NCBI GenBank assembly: GCA_016704485.1
Contig: JADJAA010000001.1
Location: 1,554,824 to 1,618,823, forward strand
DNA from: Flavobacteriales bacterium
GTDB taxonomy: Bacteria > Bacteroidota > Bacteroidia > Flavobacteriales_F > PHOS-HE28
Direction: 5' to 3'
DNA length: 64,000 nucleotides
Part shown: piece by piece, positions 1-9,003 of the stretch
How positions within the stretch are numbered: position 1 is the stretch's first letter
How the letters are laid out: every line of letters starts with the position of its first letter
Translations under genes and position numbers: made by a program
Notes under the pieces: model-generated
Databases searched by the model: none
The model's input: the letters and a program-made list of their open reading frames with translations, nothing else
What the model was told of the DNA's origin: nothing

Positions 1-1266
1 TACTGCAAACGCATAGTCGGTGCCATCGTTCGCGTATCCGGCCACAATGATGTTGCCGTCCGGTTGAAGCGCACTCGAATTGGCCATGTCATCGAAACCG
101 TTAAAGTCGGTGATCACGATACCGACCGAGCCAAGATCTGGATCAGGCGTTCCATCCGCGTTGTATCGGACCAATGCAAAATCGGTACTTGCAGCATTAT
201 AGGAAGTCCCTGCCAACAACACTTTCCCGTCCGGCTGCAAGATGACAGAATTGCCCGTATCATCGAATCCGCCCGCGATGTCAGTTGTAATATGGCCGTC
301 CGTTCCGAAATCCGTGTCAGGCGTGCCATCGGTGTTATAGCGGATCAAAACAAAATCACTTGCTGAACCAGAACCGATGCTTCCGGCCAACAGGATCTTC
401 CCGTCCGGCTGGATCACTACTGAATTGCCGTTTCCCTGATCATAACCCAGATCGGTGGTCAATTTTCCATCATCACTAAAGCTGTTGTCCAAGCTGCCAT
501 CAACGTTGTATCTGGCCAGTGCGATGTCAAAGGTCGGAGACCAGTGTGAAACGCCCACCGCTACGATCTTCCCGTCCGGCTGAATGGCGACTGATCGAAT
601 GCGGGCAAAATTATAACCGAACTCCGTTGTCGATCTACCGTCAACACCGAAGTCGGTATCGAGCGTTCCATCCGGGTTGTAACGTACCAGGGCGAAAACC
701 CCGCTTACAATTTGTGACACATCTTCGTACGCACCCCCTGCAGCTATGATCTTCCCATCCGACTGGATCGCCAGTGATCCGACCTCAGCAGGCCCTCCAC
801 TTCCAACGGCAGTTGTCACTTTACCGTCCGTACCAAAACTGGTGTCAAGGGTGCCATCCGGGTTATACCGTGCCAACGCAAAGACGTACGTAGAGCCAAT
901 GTAAGCACCTCCGGCCATGATGATCTTTCCATCCGATTGTACCGCTACTGCATATACGGAGGCATTATTCAGTCCCATGTTGGTAGCCACCTTCCCATTG
1001 GTCCCAAAATCAGTGTCGAGGCTACCATCAACGTTGTAACCGACCGCACCGAAAGCGAAAAGCGAATTGTTCGTTACTGTTCCGACTACGACCAGCTTTC
1101 CGTCCGGCCTAATTGCAACAGATGCTCCTTGAGCATTCATGGATCCAAAATCGGTAGTCACCTTTCCATCTCCATCAAAACTGGCATCCAAGCTACCGGG
1201 TTGTGCGAATGTTGTTGGGCCAAGTGCGAGGAACAATGCGCAAAGGGTTGTTGCTGCGTAGTTCAT
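1..1266 (-). CDS. Secreted delta-60 / beta-propeller-type repeat protein (3' end outside window)
   Basis: Reverse strand from ATG at 1266 reads MNYAATTLCALFLALGPTTFAQ (signal peptide). It then shows repeated ~50-aa units of the form (SLDxSFGxDGKVTTxxG...SVAIQSDGKIIxAG), typical of the delta-60 repeat family found on Bacteroidota surface/T9SS proteins. The ORF is open to the window edge. Confidence 0.65.
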   Translation of the reverse strand, partial: MNYAATTLCALFLALGPTTFAQPGSLDASFDGDGKVTTDFGSMNAQGASVAIRPDGKLVVVGTVTNNSLFAFGAVGYNVDGSLDTDFGTNGKVATNMGLNNASVYAVAVQSDGKIIMAGGAYIGSTYVFALARYNPDGTLDTSFGTDGKVTTAVGSGGPAEVGSLAIQSDGKIIAAGGAYEDVSQIVSGVFALVRYNPDGTLDTDFGVDGRSTTEFGYNFARIRSVAIQPDGKIVAVGVSHWSPTFDIALARYNVDGSLDNSFSDDGKLTTDLGYDQGNGNSVVIQPDGKILLAGSIGSGSASDFVLIRYNTDGTPDTDFGTDGHITTDIAGGFDDTGNSVILQPDGKVLLAGTSYNAASTDFALVRYNADGTPDPDLGSVGIVITDFNGFDDMANSSALQPDGNIIVAGYANDGTDYAFAV

Positions 1267-1398
1267 GGTGTGTGGGTTTTGCTTGGGAATATAAAAAGCT
1301 TTCGTAAGTAAATTGGTAACAGTTCGGCTCTATGCGCGAGTATGGGCTGCATCGGATGTGTTCATGGGAACATTCGATCTGCTAACGGGTTTTCCTCA

Positions 1399-1692
1399 AT
1401 GCCAATATCGTTTAGCGTTATAACAGATATTCGTTCCGGGATCTTCTTTTACAATGATAGCATTTACTGCTGGCTCTTGGTTCGTAACAAAGTACATCTC
1501 CATTTCACCCTTGCCCTTCGCTTGAACTTTGCCTCTTGGAGTGAAGGTAAGTCCAGGCTCGCTCTTTACCAACGCATAGGTCGCCTCACTGATGTTGACT
1601 TGGCCAACCTCACCGCTGCTCTCCATACGACTTGCCGTGTTCACCGTATCGCCCCAGATGTCGTACTGGAATTTCTTCACGCCTACGAGCCC
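1399..1692 (-). pseudogene. Orphan 3' fragment of a class III adenylate/guanylate cyclase (remnant)
   Basis: Translation GLVGVKKFQYDIWGDTVNTASRMESSGEVGQVNISEATYALVKSEPGLTFTPRGKVQAKGKGEMEMYFV is ~80% identical to the C-terminus of the cyclase at 21999..23375. The residues upstream (MMIQFFYVRHSSSAGNCAW...) are not cyclase-like, so the N-terminal half of the catalytic domain is missing. Confidence 0.55.
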
Positions 1693-1819
1693 GCAGTGGG
1701 CGGCTGCCGCGCGGATACCGGATCGCCACGCACAGTTGCCTGCCGAGCTGCTGTGACGCACATAAAAGAACTGGATCATCACTGCACCGCTACCTGCCTA
1801 ACTGCTGCGCCGCGAAGAA

Positions 1820-3292
1820 TTAAAGCACTACTTGCTGAAGAACCCCTAACACCTCCACCATCGCAAGCGTATCCATCTTGCAATAGGCCAACAGGTCGGT
1901 CCGCAGTTGGGGTACGTTGCCGGTGTAGGTGCCGCTGGCGAGTTGCGTGAAGCGCAGACTGGCGGTGCCGCCTTCCTGCACGTTGAGGGTCTTGTAACTG
2001 AGTGTTGGCACTAAGGCAGGGAGTACCGTCTTGATGCCGTACTTGCCGTTCATTTGCGGGGCGTAGTACCAACCGTGTCTGAAGGCATCCATCAGGTCCT
2101 TGATGCGCGGTAGTAGTTGCTGGATGGCTGGTGCATGGTGTGGAAGGTCGCGCGCTAGATCGCGCAGCACCATGCGTTCGAAGGTTGCGTTGTACGCGAG
2201 GATGTCGCCCGTTGGACCAATGTCCTTGAGCAATTGCTGCACGAGTGCTTCGCGTGGATCGCTGGTGCCATCCGCTAGGAACTCATGGTGCGTTGCCGGT
2301 GCACTTGGTGCGGACTGCACATGCAAGCTGTATTGGAAGGGCATCTGCTGGAACGGACGTGTGCCGTCATAGAGCGGTATGCTCGGCATCATTGTCTCGA
2401 AATCGAAATGATGCACCGGGTATTCCAGCGCCGCCAACCACTGGTGTAGCGGTTCGTGCTGGATGTGTCCTTCGCCACTTTTCCATGCATTCACTTGCCG
2501 ACGTTGTGCAGCGCTGAGCTTTTCATTTTCCGGAATGTCCACCAGCTTCAGGATGCCCCGTTGGTACAACGACCATTTCTGTTCAGTAGCACCTGTTAGC
2601 TCGAATACCGACCGCTCCGGAATGTGCAACCAACAGTGTGGTTTGAAGTCGCACGGGTAGGGTGCATCGCATTGCGGACCAATGTCGACAACGGGTGCTT
2701 GCTCTTGTTGCACCACCTGTTTCAGCGCTTCGATGCGCGCGGGTATCGCCGCTTGCTCACGCAGTACCTCCGCAAGTACGGAGGTGCGGTTGAAGAGCTG
2801 CTGCACATCCACCGCGCCCTGTTTCACATAGCTGTTGTTCAAGTACACAATGCTGACATCCGCCAACGCGATGCTGCCCGAGATGACATAGTACTGCAAC
2901 GCAGCATCCTGCACATACACATCCTTCACGCCTGTGCTGCCTTTCACTTCAAATGCTTTCCATCCCTCGGCCGTATGCACCAGCAGGTCCAACGCGGCCA
3001 ACACACCGTCGCGCATGAACGCCGCTTCGTAGATCACCCGCTCACCGCGCGCAATGGCCGCTGCGGTATCCACCACGCTCTGCGCGAACTCGAACGGCGA
3101 AGGCGGCGCACAGTCCACTCCTCCTGGAAAAAGCTGCTGCGCCATCAACCCTACCGACGTGCCCGAATCAAAGATGGCCTGCTGCTGCGCACCGATGGGT
3201 GGCAACAGATCGCGCCGGTGCTTGTACAACCACAACGCCTTGGGACATTGCTTGCCCCGCATGTACGTGCTTTTGGAGAGTAGGTGGGACAT
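1820..3292 (-). CDS. DUF2779-family protein (predicted nuclease-like)
   Basis: 490-aa ORF with the family-typical N-terminus MSHLLSKSTYMRGKQCPKALWL. The length and motif architecture resemble DUF2779 proteins. This assignment rests on recall of the family consensus. Confidence 0.6.
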   Translation of the reverse strand: MSHLLSKSTYMRGKQCPKALWLYKHRRDLLPPIGAQQQAIFDSGTSVGLMAQQLFPGGVDCAPPSPFEFAQSVVDTAAAIARGERVIYEAAFMRDGVLAALDLLVHTAEGWKAFEVKGSTGVKDVYVQDAALQYYVISGSIALADVSIVYLNNSYVKQGAVDVQQLFNRTSVLAEVLREQAAIPARIEALKQVVQQEQAPVVDIGPQCDAPYPCDFKPHCWLHIPERSVFELTGATEQKWSLYQRGILKLVDIPENEKLSAAQRRQVNAWKSGEGHIQHEPLHQWLAALEYPVHHFDFETMMPSIPLYDGTRPFQQMPFQYSLHVQSAPSAPATHHEFLADGTSDPREALVQQLLKDIGPTGDILAYNATFERMVLRDLARDLPHHAPAIQQLLPRIKDLMDAFRHGWYYAPQMNGKYGIKTVLPALVPTLSYKTLNVQEGGTASLRFTQLASGTYTGNVPQLRTDLLAYCKMDTLAMVEVLGVLQQVVL

Positions 3293-3469
3293 GGGGGAGA
3301 ACTGATAGCACGCTCTCCGGGTCGGGGCCCGGAGTGACAGAGTTTAAAGGTGGGATAAACGCAGATAGAAATAGTGAAGGAGAGACCGCGTTCGCTGTCT
3401 TTTGCGAGGCAAGGAGGCTAGGCTCGAAAGCACGTTGTGAATGGTGAACGCACTTGTAGTCCCTCTGCG

Positions 3470-3814
3470 CTACTCGGTATCGATCTTCTTTGGTTCCTTC
3501 ACCGGTTCAGCGGTGCCGGTACCGGTCTCCTTATGCTCGAAGATGAAGTTCAACGGACTCAGTTGCTCTGCTGCAACTGCCACTTCCTTTTGTTGCACCA
3601 CAGCTTTTTCGCCGGTGCCATAGGTTACGTGTACCATGTGATCGCCAACGGGTGCATTGTGCATGAAGGGCGTGCCGGCCACTACTTCACCAACGGCGGT
3701 GCTGTCCACCATCACCTGGGCGTTCACGTTGGACATGACCAGGATCTTGCCGGTGGTCTGCGCTTGGATGAGCGAAGAAAGGAAAACGGTAATGATGATA
3801 ATGGAAGTGCGCAT
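3470..3814 (-). CDS. Small secreted hypothetical protein
   Basis: ORF with a probable start at MRTSIIIITVFLSSLIQAQ (signal peptide). No recognisable domain. Confidence 0.35.
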   Translation of the reverse strand: MRTSIIIITVFLSSLIQAQTTGKILVMSNVNAQVMVDSTAVGEVVAGTPFMHNAPVGDHMVHVTYGTGEKAVVQQKEVAVAAEQLSPLNFIFEHKETGTGTAEPVKEPKKIDTE

Positions 3815-3928
3815 CGGTTGAAATTTTGCGTGGTTTGGTTCCGGTATTTCGGTTGGCATGTCCGAACTTATCGGAATGCGGAGGTGAAGGTATAGTGTAT
3901 GATCACCATCTGCGGTTGGGAGATCGTG

Positions 3929-5674
3929 TTACTGCACCACCACGCTCAAGGTCCGCACGCGTTCACCTGCACGCACCACCACTAGGTAGCGACCTGCTGC
4001 GGCATCGGGCAACTGGATGGCTTGGCTCGGCGTGTTGCGCTGCTGTCCGCTCCAACACACCTTGCCACTTGCATCGAATACGTTGATGCTCGCTTGGTGC
4101 ATGTCCGATGGAAGCACCAAGTTGAAGCGCCCGGTGTTCGGATTCGGAAAGGCGATGATCATCTCCGCATCGACTTCCTCGTTGAGTGCAGTGATGACCA
4201 ACATGTAATCAGTAGTGAGCGTGCAGCCCGTTGCGGTGGTGACGGTAACACTGTATTGCCCACCTGTTGCAGCCACCACGAAAGGGGCGTCCGAGCCGGG
4301 CAAGGGTACGCCGTTCAGGCTCCACGCGTAGCTCTCGAAATCGCCTTGAACCAACAGCACTTGTCCGCTTGCTTCAATGGTGACCGATGGACACACCACG
4401 ATGGTATCGCTGTTAGCAGTACAGCCGAATGCATTCGTTGCAACACCCCACCACAAGCCGGTGCTATCCGTGGGAACGCAAGGGCCGTTCACGTTGGGCA
4501 CCGTGTCGCCGTTGTTGTACCAGACGTAGGTCAACGGAATGGTATCCGTGGCGCAGAGCAATGCTGCGGCGGTGTCATAGCTCGTGGAAAGTTGGGGTAC
4601 AGGGAACACACGGACCGTATCCGTATCGGTGAAGACCAATTGCGGTACCACGGAAATGGTGAGGCTGCCGAAGGTGCCGTTGCCCAACGCGAAAGGTACT
4701 ACGCCATTGCTGCCGGTCGGGATGTTGAACGTGCCGAGGTCATCGTCCTGGCTCACGGGATCTTCATCGAAGAAGGCGATCGAATACGGTGGGTTCGCTA
4801 AGAGGTGGCCCACATCGTTCCAGGTCATGCTCGTGCTGTTGTCTCCAGTGCCACTCGTGGTGCTGTTGCCGTTGCCATCGGTGAGCACGTAGTACAGATC
4901 CGGATCGCCCGTGCACGCACCGAAGAGCGATGGTTCCTCTACATCGCCGCACCAATTGTCGCTCACGCCGCCCAGCACTACATCGTTAAGTACGAAGCCG
5001 CCGATCGTTGTGGTGAGCGCTACCACATGATCGCCCGGCGTATCAAAACTTGCGCTCGGCGTGGCACTGTTGCTCGTGTTCCCGTTGCCAAGGTCCCACG
5101 CATAACTTGTGGGTGCCGGAGCGCCATCGAGCAACGCGGTGAACTGCACATCGGCACTTCCGCATCCGCTGCTGGGTGTGAATGTGAAACTTGCATTTCC
5201 ACCACTGCCCGCTTGCACTACCAACGTGACACCAAACGTCTGCGACACGTTCAACGTGAAACCGCTCGCTTCCACCTGTGCAATGATGTTGATCGCGATG
5301 GTGTACGTGCCACTTCCAATGGGTGTGCCGCACAGCCGCGCGCAACCATACTGGTTCACCTGCGGATAGTAGATGCCCAACGGTTCGTTCGACGTAAGCT
5401 CCATGCCGAAGGGCACCCCCGTGACACTGGTGATCGTCATCTGCAAAAAGTTGACGTTCATTCCCGTTCCCGGATCGGTGAAGTTGGCCGGTAACCAAAA
5501 GGTGATGTCGCTTGCATACGCTTCACCTGCCGTAGCATCGGGTGGTTGCAACGGACACAGGGTAGGGTAGGCCGGCGTGGCAAAACAAGTGGCATCGATC
5601 GCGCAGCTGATGCATTGCGCGTGTACGCTGCCCAACGCGAGCAGCGCAATAGTGAGGAGGAGTGTTCGGATCAT
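3929..5674 (-). CDS. Secreted protein with T9SS C-terminal sorting domain
   Basis: Likely start at MIRTLLLTIALLALGSVHAQ. The protein is Thr/Gly/Asn-rich with Ig/PKD-like character. The C-terminus ...AIQLPDAAAGRYLVVVRAGERVRTLSVVVQ is typical of the Por/T9SS secretion tail. Confidence 0.6.
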   Translation of the reverse strand: MIRTLLLTIALLALGSVHAQCISCAIDATCFATPAYPTLCPLQPPDATAGEAYASDITFWLPANFTDPGTGMNVNFLQMTITSVTGVPFGMELTSNEPLGIYYPQVNQYGCARLCGTPIGSGTYTIAINIIAQVEASGFTLNVSQTFGVTLVVQAGSGGNASFTFTPSSGCGSADVQFTALLDGAPAPTSYAWDLGNGNTSNSATPSASFDTPGDHVVALTTTIGGFVLNDVVLGGVSDNWCGDVEEPSLFGACTGDPDLYYVLTDGNGNSTTSGTGDNSTSMTWNDVGHLLANPPYSIAFFDEDPVSQDDDLGTFNIPTGSNGVVPFALGNGTFGSLTISVVPQLVFTDTDTVRVFPVPQLSTSYDTAAALLCATDTIPLTYVWYNNGDTVPNVNGPCVPTDSTGLWWGVATNAFGCTANSDTIVVCPSVTIEASGQVLLVQGDFESYAWSLNGVPLPGSDAPFVVAATGGQYSVTVTTATGCTLTTDYMLVITALNEEVDAEMIIAFPNPNTGRFNLVLPSDMHQASINVFDASGKVCWSGQQRNTPSQAIQLPDAAAGRYLVVVRAGERVRTLSVVVQ

Positions 5675-5739
5675 GGTGCAATGGCCTGCCCGAAGATCGG
5701 GTTCGGCGGGGGAAGATACTAGGATACAGCGCCCTTCGT

Positions 5740-6642
5740 TCATCGTGTTCTCCGGAGCCGAGAAGGCTCTTCAGACGTTGGCTCTTCGCCCCCGCGCAGA
5801 CCGTGCGCATCGCGCTCATCCAGAGTCCATTTGGGTTTGGCGGTCTTCAATCGCTTTTCCACTTTCTTAATGTGTTCGGCAGGTGGAATGTTCTCCGGTA
5901 GTGTGCCACCAATACGACGGATGGCATCACGCACCTCCTTGCCTACTGACTCGTGTGTGCGTATTGCCTGCTGATCCCCATGCACACCTTCCCGGGCCAA
6001 TTTGTCACGGGTCTGCGTCATGCGGAATTGGTTCGCAGCGAGTTCGGTTGCGTTCATGCGGTCCAGCAATTGCTCTTTGCCAGGGATGCCCTTGCGCTGT
6101 TTGATCTGTGCGTTACCAATACCTCCGTAGAGCCCTTTGTAACCAGCATCGTGGAATACACCGAACATGCGCCCGTTCACCCCAGCCTGTTGTGCAGCAC
6201 CGCTCAATGCTTTGAATTCTTCGGCTGTTTGCTTGCGAATTTGCAGCCGTTCTTTGTCTGCGGCCAATTGGTCATTCACTTCTTGGCGTCTCGCTTGCAC
6301 AACAAAATACTGCTGCGCTAAGGCGATCTCCGGCTTGCGAGGGTCGCCGTTGATGGCGATTAGATAGCAGGCGAATCGGGAGAGGTGGAAATCGGCCAAC
6401 TGGCGCTCACTGCCCGATCCAAGAGGGACCATTTTGCCGGCGCCGGCAAAATGGTCGGTCGGCTCATTCCCTGACTCTCTACACGCATCTTGTGCCCGTT
6501 TGATGGCCTGTTCAAATCGCCGCCATTGGTCATAACCTAACAACGGTTGCAGCGCTCTGGCACTCCAGAACTCGGCACCATGTGAATTGACCTGCTTCAG
6601 TTCTTCGAAGCTGGGCGGGGTAGGGTTCGGTAACTCACTCAT
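5740..6642 (-). CDS. BRO-N domain / DNA-damage-inducible protein D (DinD)-like protein
   Basis: N-terminus has FWSARALQPLLGYDQWRRFEQAIKRA (BRO-N-like). The ~300-aa length and C-terminal region are consistent with DinD-family annotations. Divergent from the RecQ-PRTase gene. Confidence 0.5.
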   Translation of the reverse strand: MSELPNPTPPSFEELKQVNSHGAEFWSARALQPLLGYDQWRRFEQAIKRAQDACRESGNEPTDHFAGAGKMVPLGSGSERQLADFHLSRFACYLIAINGDPRKPEIALAQQYFVVQARRQEVNDQLAADKERLQIRKQTAEEFKALSGAAQQAGVNGRMFGVFHDAGYKGLYGGIGNAQIKQRKGIPGKEQLLDRMNATELAANQFRMTQTRDKLAREGVHGDQQAIRTHESVGKEVRDAIRRIGGTLPENIPPAEHIKKVEKRLKTAKPKWTLDERDAHGLRGGEEPTSEEPSRLRRTR

Positions 6643-6849
6643 TCTGCTGACCGCTTTCTCGTCAACGCGGTTTGCACAATATACAGGCTTTGGACCAACA
6701 AATGAAGCTAACTACAATCCTCTAAAACCTTAATTCAGGAGCCGACCGCTTCGGCGTCTCCACAATCACAATGATCTCACAAATTGCCTACCTTTCATAG
6801 CGGTGTATTTGTAGATGAGGGTGGCATGGTGCAACCAAGATGAGGGAAC

Positions 6850-9003
6850 TTGAACGATCTTCGACCCGAACTAGCGCCCAATGTTACTAGCGCCCCACAA
6901 ACCCATGGATCCTGTCCTATGCGCACCTTAGAGGAAGATGCCTTGCGCTTGTTGCGGAGTTCGGTAGGGGATACCAAGGCCACCTTCAGGGAAGGTCAAC
7001 TGGAAGCCATCGTCGCCCTGGTCCGTGAGCGAAAGCGCTTGCTGGTGGTGCAATGTACCGGCTGGGGCAAGAGCAATGTGTATTTCATCAGTGCGAAGTT
7101 GCTGCGCGAAAAAGGGCATGGACCCACCGTTATCGTTAGTCCGCTATTGGCTTTGATGCGCAACCAATTGCAGGCCGCAGCGCGCATGGAGCTGAAGGCT
7201 ATCACCATCAACAGTGCCAACACGGATGAATGGGAGACGCTGCAAGAGCAGGTGGTATCCGGTGAAGCCGATGTGCTCCTGATCAGTCCGGAACGACTGG
7301 CCAACGAACGTTTTATCGCCGAGGTGCTGTTGCCCATCGCTGGACGCATCGGCATGCTCGTGGTGGACGAAGCGCATTGCATCAGCGATTGGGGGCACGA
7401 TTTCCGGCCCGACTATCGGCGCATCATCGCGATCCTGAAACAACTGCCTGCCAACCTACCGGTACTGGGTACAACCGCCACTGCCAACCAACGCGTGGTG
7501 GACGATCTGAAGGTGCAACTTGGCGACCTCACCATACAACGTGGGACCTTAGTGCGTGACAGTTTGATGCTCGATGCTGTGCAACTCCCCGACCAAGCCG
7601 CACGCCTCGCTTGGCGGACGCACTACCTGCCCCTGCTCCCCGGATCCGGTATCGTGTACACCCTTACCGTGCGCGATGCGGAGCGCGTTGCCGAATGGTT
7701 GCAACAGAACGGGATCGAAGCAAGGGCCTACCATGCCTCCGTCGTTGATACCGAAGATGGCGATCTGCGCGAGCGCTTGGAGCAGCAACTGCTCGATGGA
7801 AGCATCAAGGCCTTAGTTGCCACCACGGCACTCGGCATGGGCTACGACAAGCCCGACCTGGGTTTCGTGATCCACTTCCAAGCTCCCGGCTCCATCATCG
7901 GCTACTACCAACAAGTGGGGCGCGCCGGAAGGGCGATCGAGAAGGCCTACGGGATACTCCTACATGGCGAAGAAGATGCTGAGATCCATGCCTACTTTCA
8001 AGAGAACGCTTTCCCGAACGAGTCGAATGTGCTGCAGATACTGAAGACTTTAGAAGGTGGCAACGGTCTTTCCATCCGGCAACTGGAGCCGACCATGAAC
8101 CTGCGCTACGGGCAGTTGGAACAGGCCTTGAAATTCCTGAGCATGGAGGACCCTGCGCCGGTGGTGTTGCAGGACCATCTGTGGAAGCGCACACCGGTGG
8201 CCTACACCTTGGACCATGCGCACATCCAGCGCCTCATGGAACTACGAGAGCGCGAACGTGAGCAAGTTGTGGCCTACGTGCAACACACTGGCTGCCGCAT
8301 GGAATTCCTTCAACAGGCCTTGGATGATGTCGTGCATGCACCCTGTGGACATTGCGCCAATTGCTTGGACAAGCACTTCAAGGCGGACATGCCCCCAGCG
8401 GAAGTGGCCCGCGCGGCTACCTTTCTGCGCAGCGCGGAGATGGTACTCACCTGTCCGAAGGCACTACCCGCAGGTGGCTTGGATGCGCTCGACATTAAGG
8501 GCAACATACCGCTGGAGTTGCGCCCGCAGCCCGGAAGGATCCTCTGCCGTTGGGGCGACTCCGGTTGGGGCAAGTTGGTGGCGCAACAGAAGCACGACGG
8601 ACACTTCAAAGACGAACTCGTCCACGCCCTTGCCGAAATGGTGAACGAGCGCTGGTGTCCGGATCCGCCCCCAATGTGGGTGACCTGTGTGCCCTCCCTT
8701 CGCCATCCGGAATTGGTTCCCGATCTTGCACGCCGATTGGCCGCCAAGTTGGAACTTCCGTTCCACAACGTGGTGGAAAAGACCCGCCAGAACGAGGCGC
8801 AGAAAGCCATGCAGAACCGCTACCACCAGTGCCATAACCTCGATGGCGCCTTCGCCATCGGTACGGTGCCCGAAGGGCCTGTGCTATTGGTGGACGATGT
8901 GGTGGATTCCGGCTGGACCATTGCCATTCTTTCGGCACAACTGCTACAGGCCGGTTGTACCTTGGTGTACCCTATCGCACTAGCAAGCACCTCCCATACC
9001 TGA
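6850..9003 (+). CDS. RecQ-family SF2 helicase fused to a C-terminal ComF/GntX-type phosphoribosyltransferase (PRTase) module
   Basis: Walker A CTGWGKSNVYF and DEAHCISDWGHDFRPDYRRI (RecQ DEAH box). Helicase C motifs are present (ALGMGYDKPDLGFVIHFQAPGSIIGYYQQVGRAGR). A Cys-cluster HAPCGHCANC is followed by a ComF-like stretch KTRQNEAQKAMQNRYHQCHNLDGAFAI and the PRPP-binding motif VLLVDDVVDSGWTIAI. The alternative start at MRTLEED is near 6916. Confidence 0.8.
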   Translation: MNDLRPELAPNVTSAPQTHGSCPMRTLEEDALRLLRSSVGDTKATFREGQLEAIVALVRERKRLLVVQCTGWGKSNVYFISAKLLREKGHGPTVIVSPLLALMRNQLQAAARMELKAITINSANTDEWETLQEQVVSGEADVLLISPERLANERFIAEVLLPIAGRIGMLVVDEAHCISDWGHDFRPDYRRIIAILKQLPANLPVLGTTATANQRVVDDLKVQLGDLTIQRGTLVRDSLMLDAVQLPDQAARLAWRTHYLPLLPGSGIVYTLTVRDAERVAEWLQQNGIEARAYHASVVDTEDGDLRERLEQQLLDGSIKALVATTALGMGYDKPDLGFVIHFQAPGSIIGYYQQVGRAGRAIEKAYGILLHGEEDAEIHAYFQENAFPNESNVLQILKTLEGGNGLSIRQLEPTMNLRYGQLEQALKFLSMEDPAPVVLQDHLWKRTPVAYTLDHAHIQRLMELREREREQVVAYVQHTGCRMEFLQQALDDVVHAPCGHCANCLDKHFKADMPPAEVARAATFLRSAEMVLTCPKALPAGGLDALDIKGNIPLELRPQPGRILCRWGDSGWGKLVAQQKHDGHFKDELVHALAEMVNERWCPDPPPMWVTCVPSLRHPELVPDLARRLAAKLELPFHNVVEKTRQNEAQKAMQNRYHQCHNLDGAFAIGTVPEGPVLLVDDVVDSGWTIAILSAQLLQAGCTLVYPIALASTSHT

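Noticed and set aside
1396-1782. Independent small cyclase gene
   Set aside because: Only the last ~70 aa are cyclase-like. The N-terminal half of the catalytic domain is absent, so it is a fragment.
4022-5494. Long plus-strand ORFs (4022..4801, 4805..5494) antisense to the T9SS protein gene
   Set aside because: They are antisense shadows in a GC-rich gene. The minus-strand ORF has a signal peptide and a T9SS tail.
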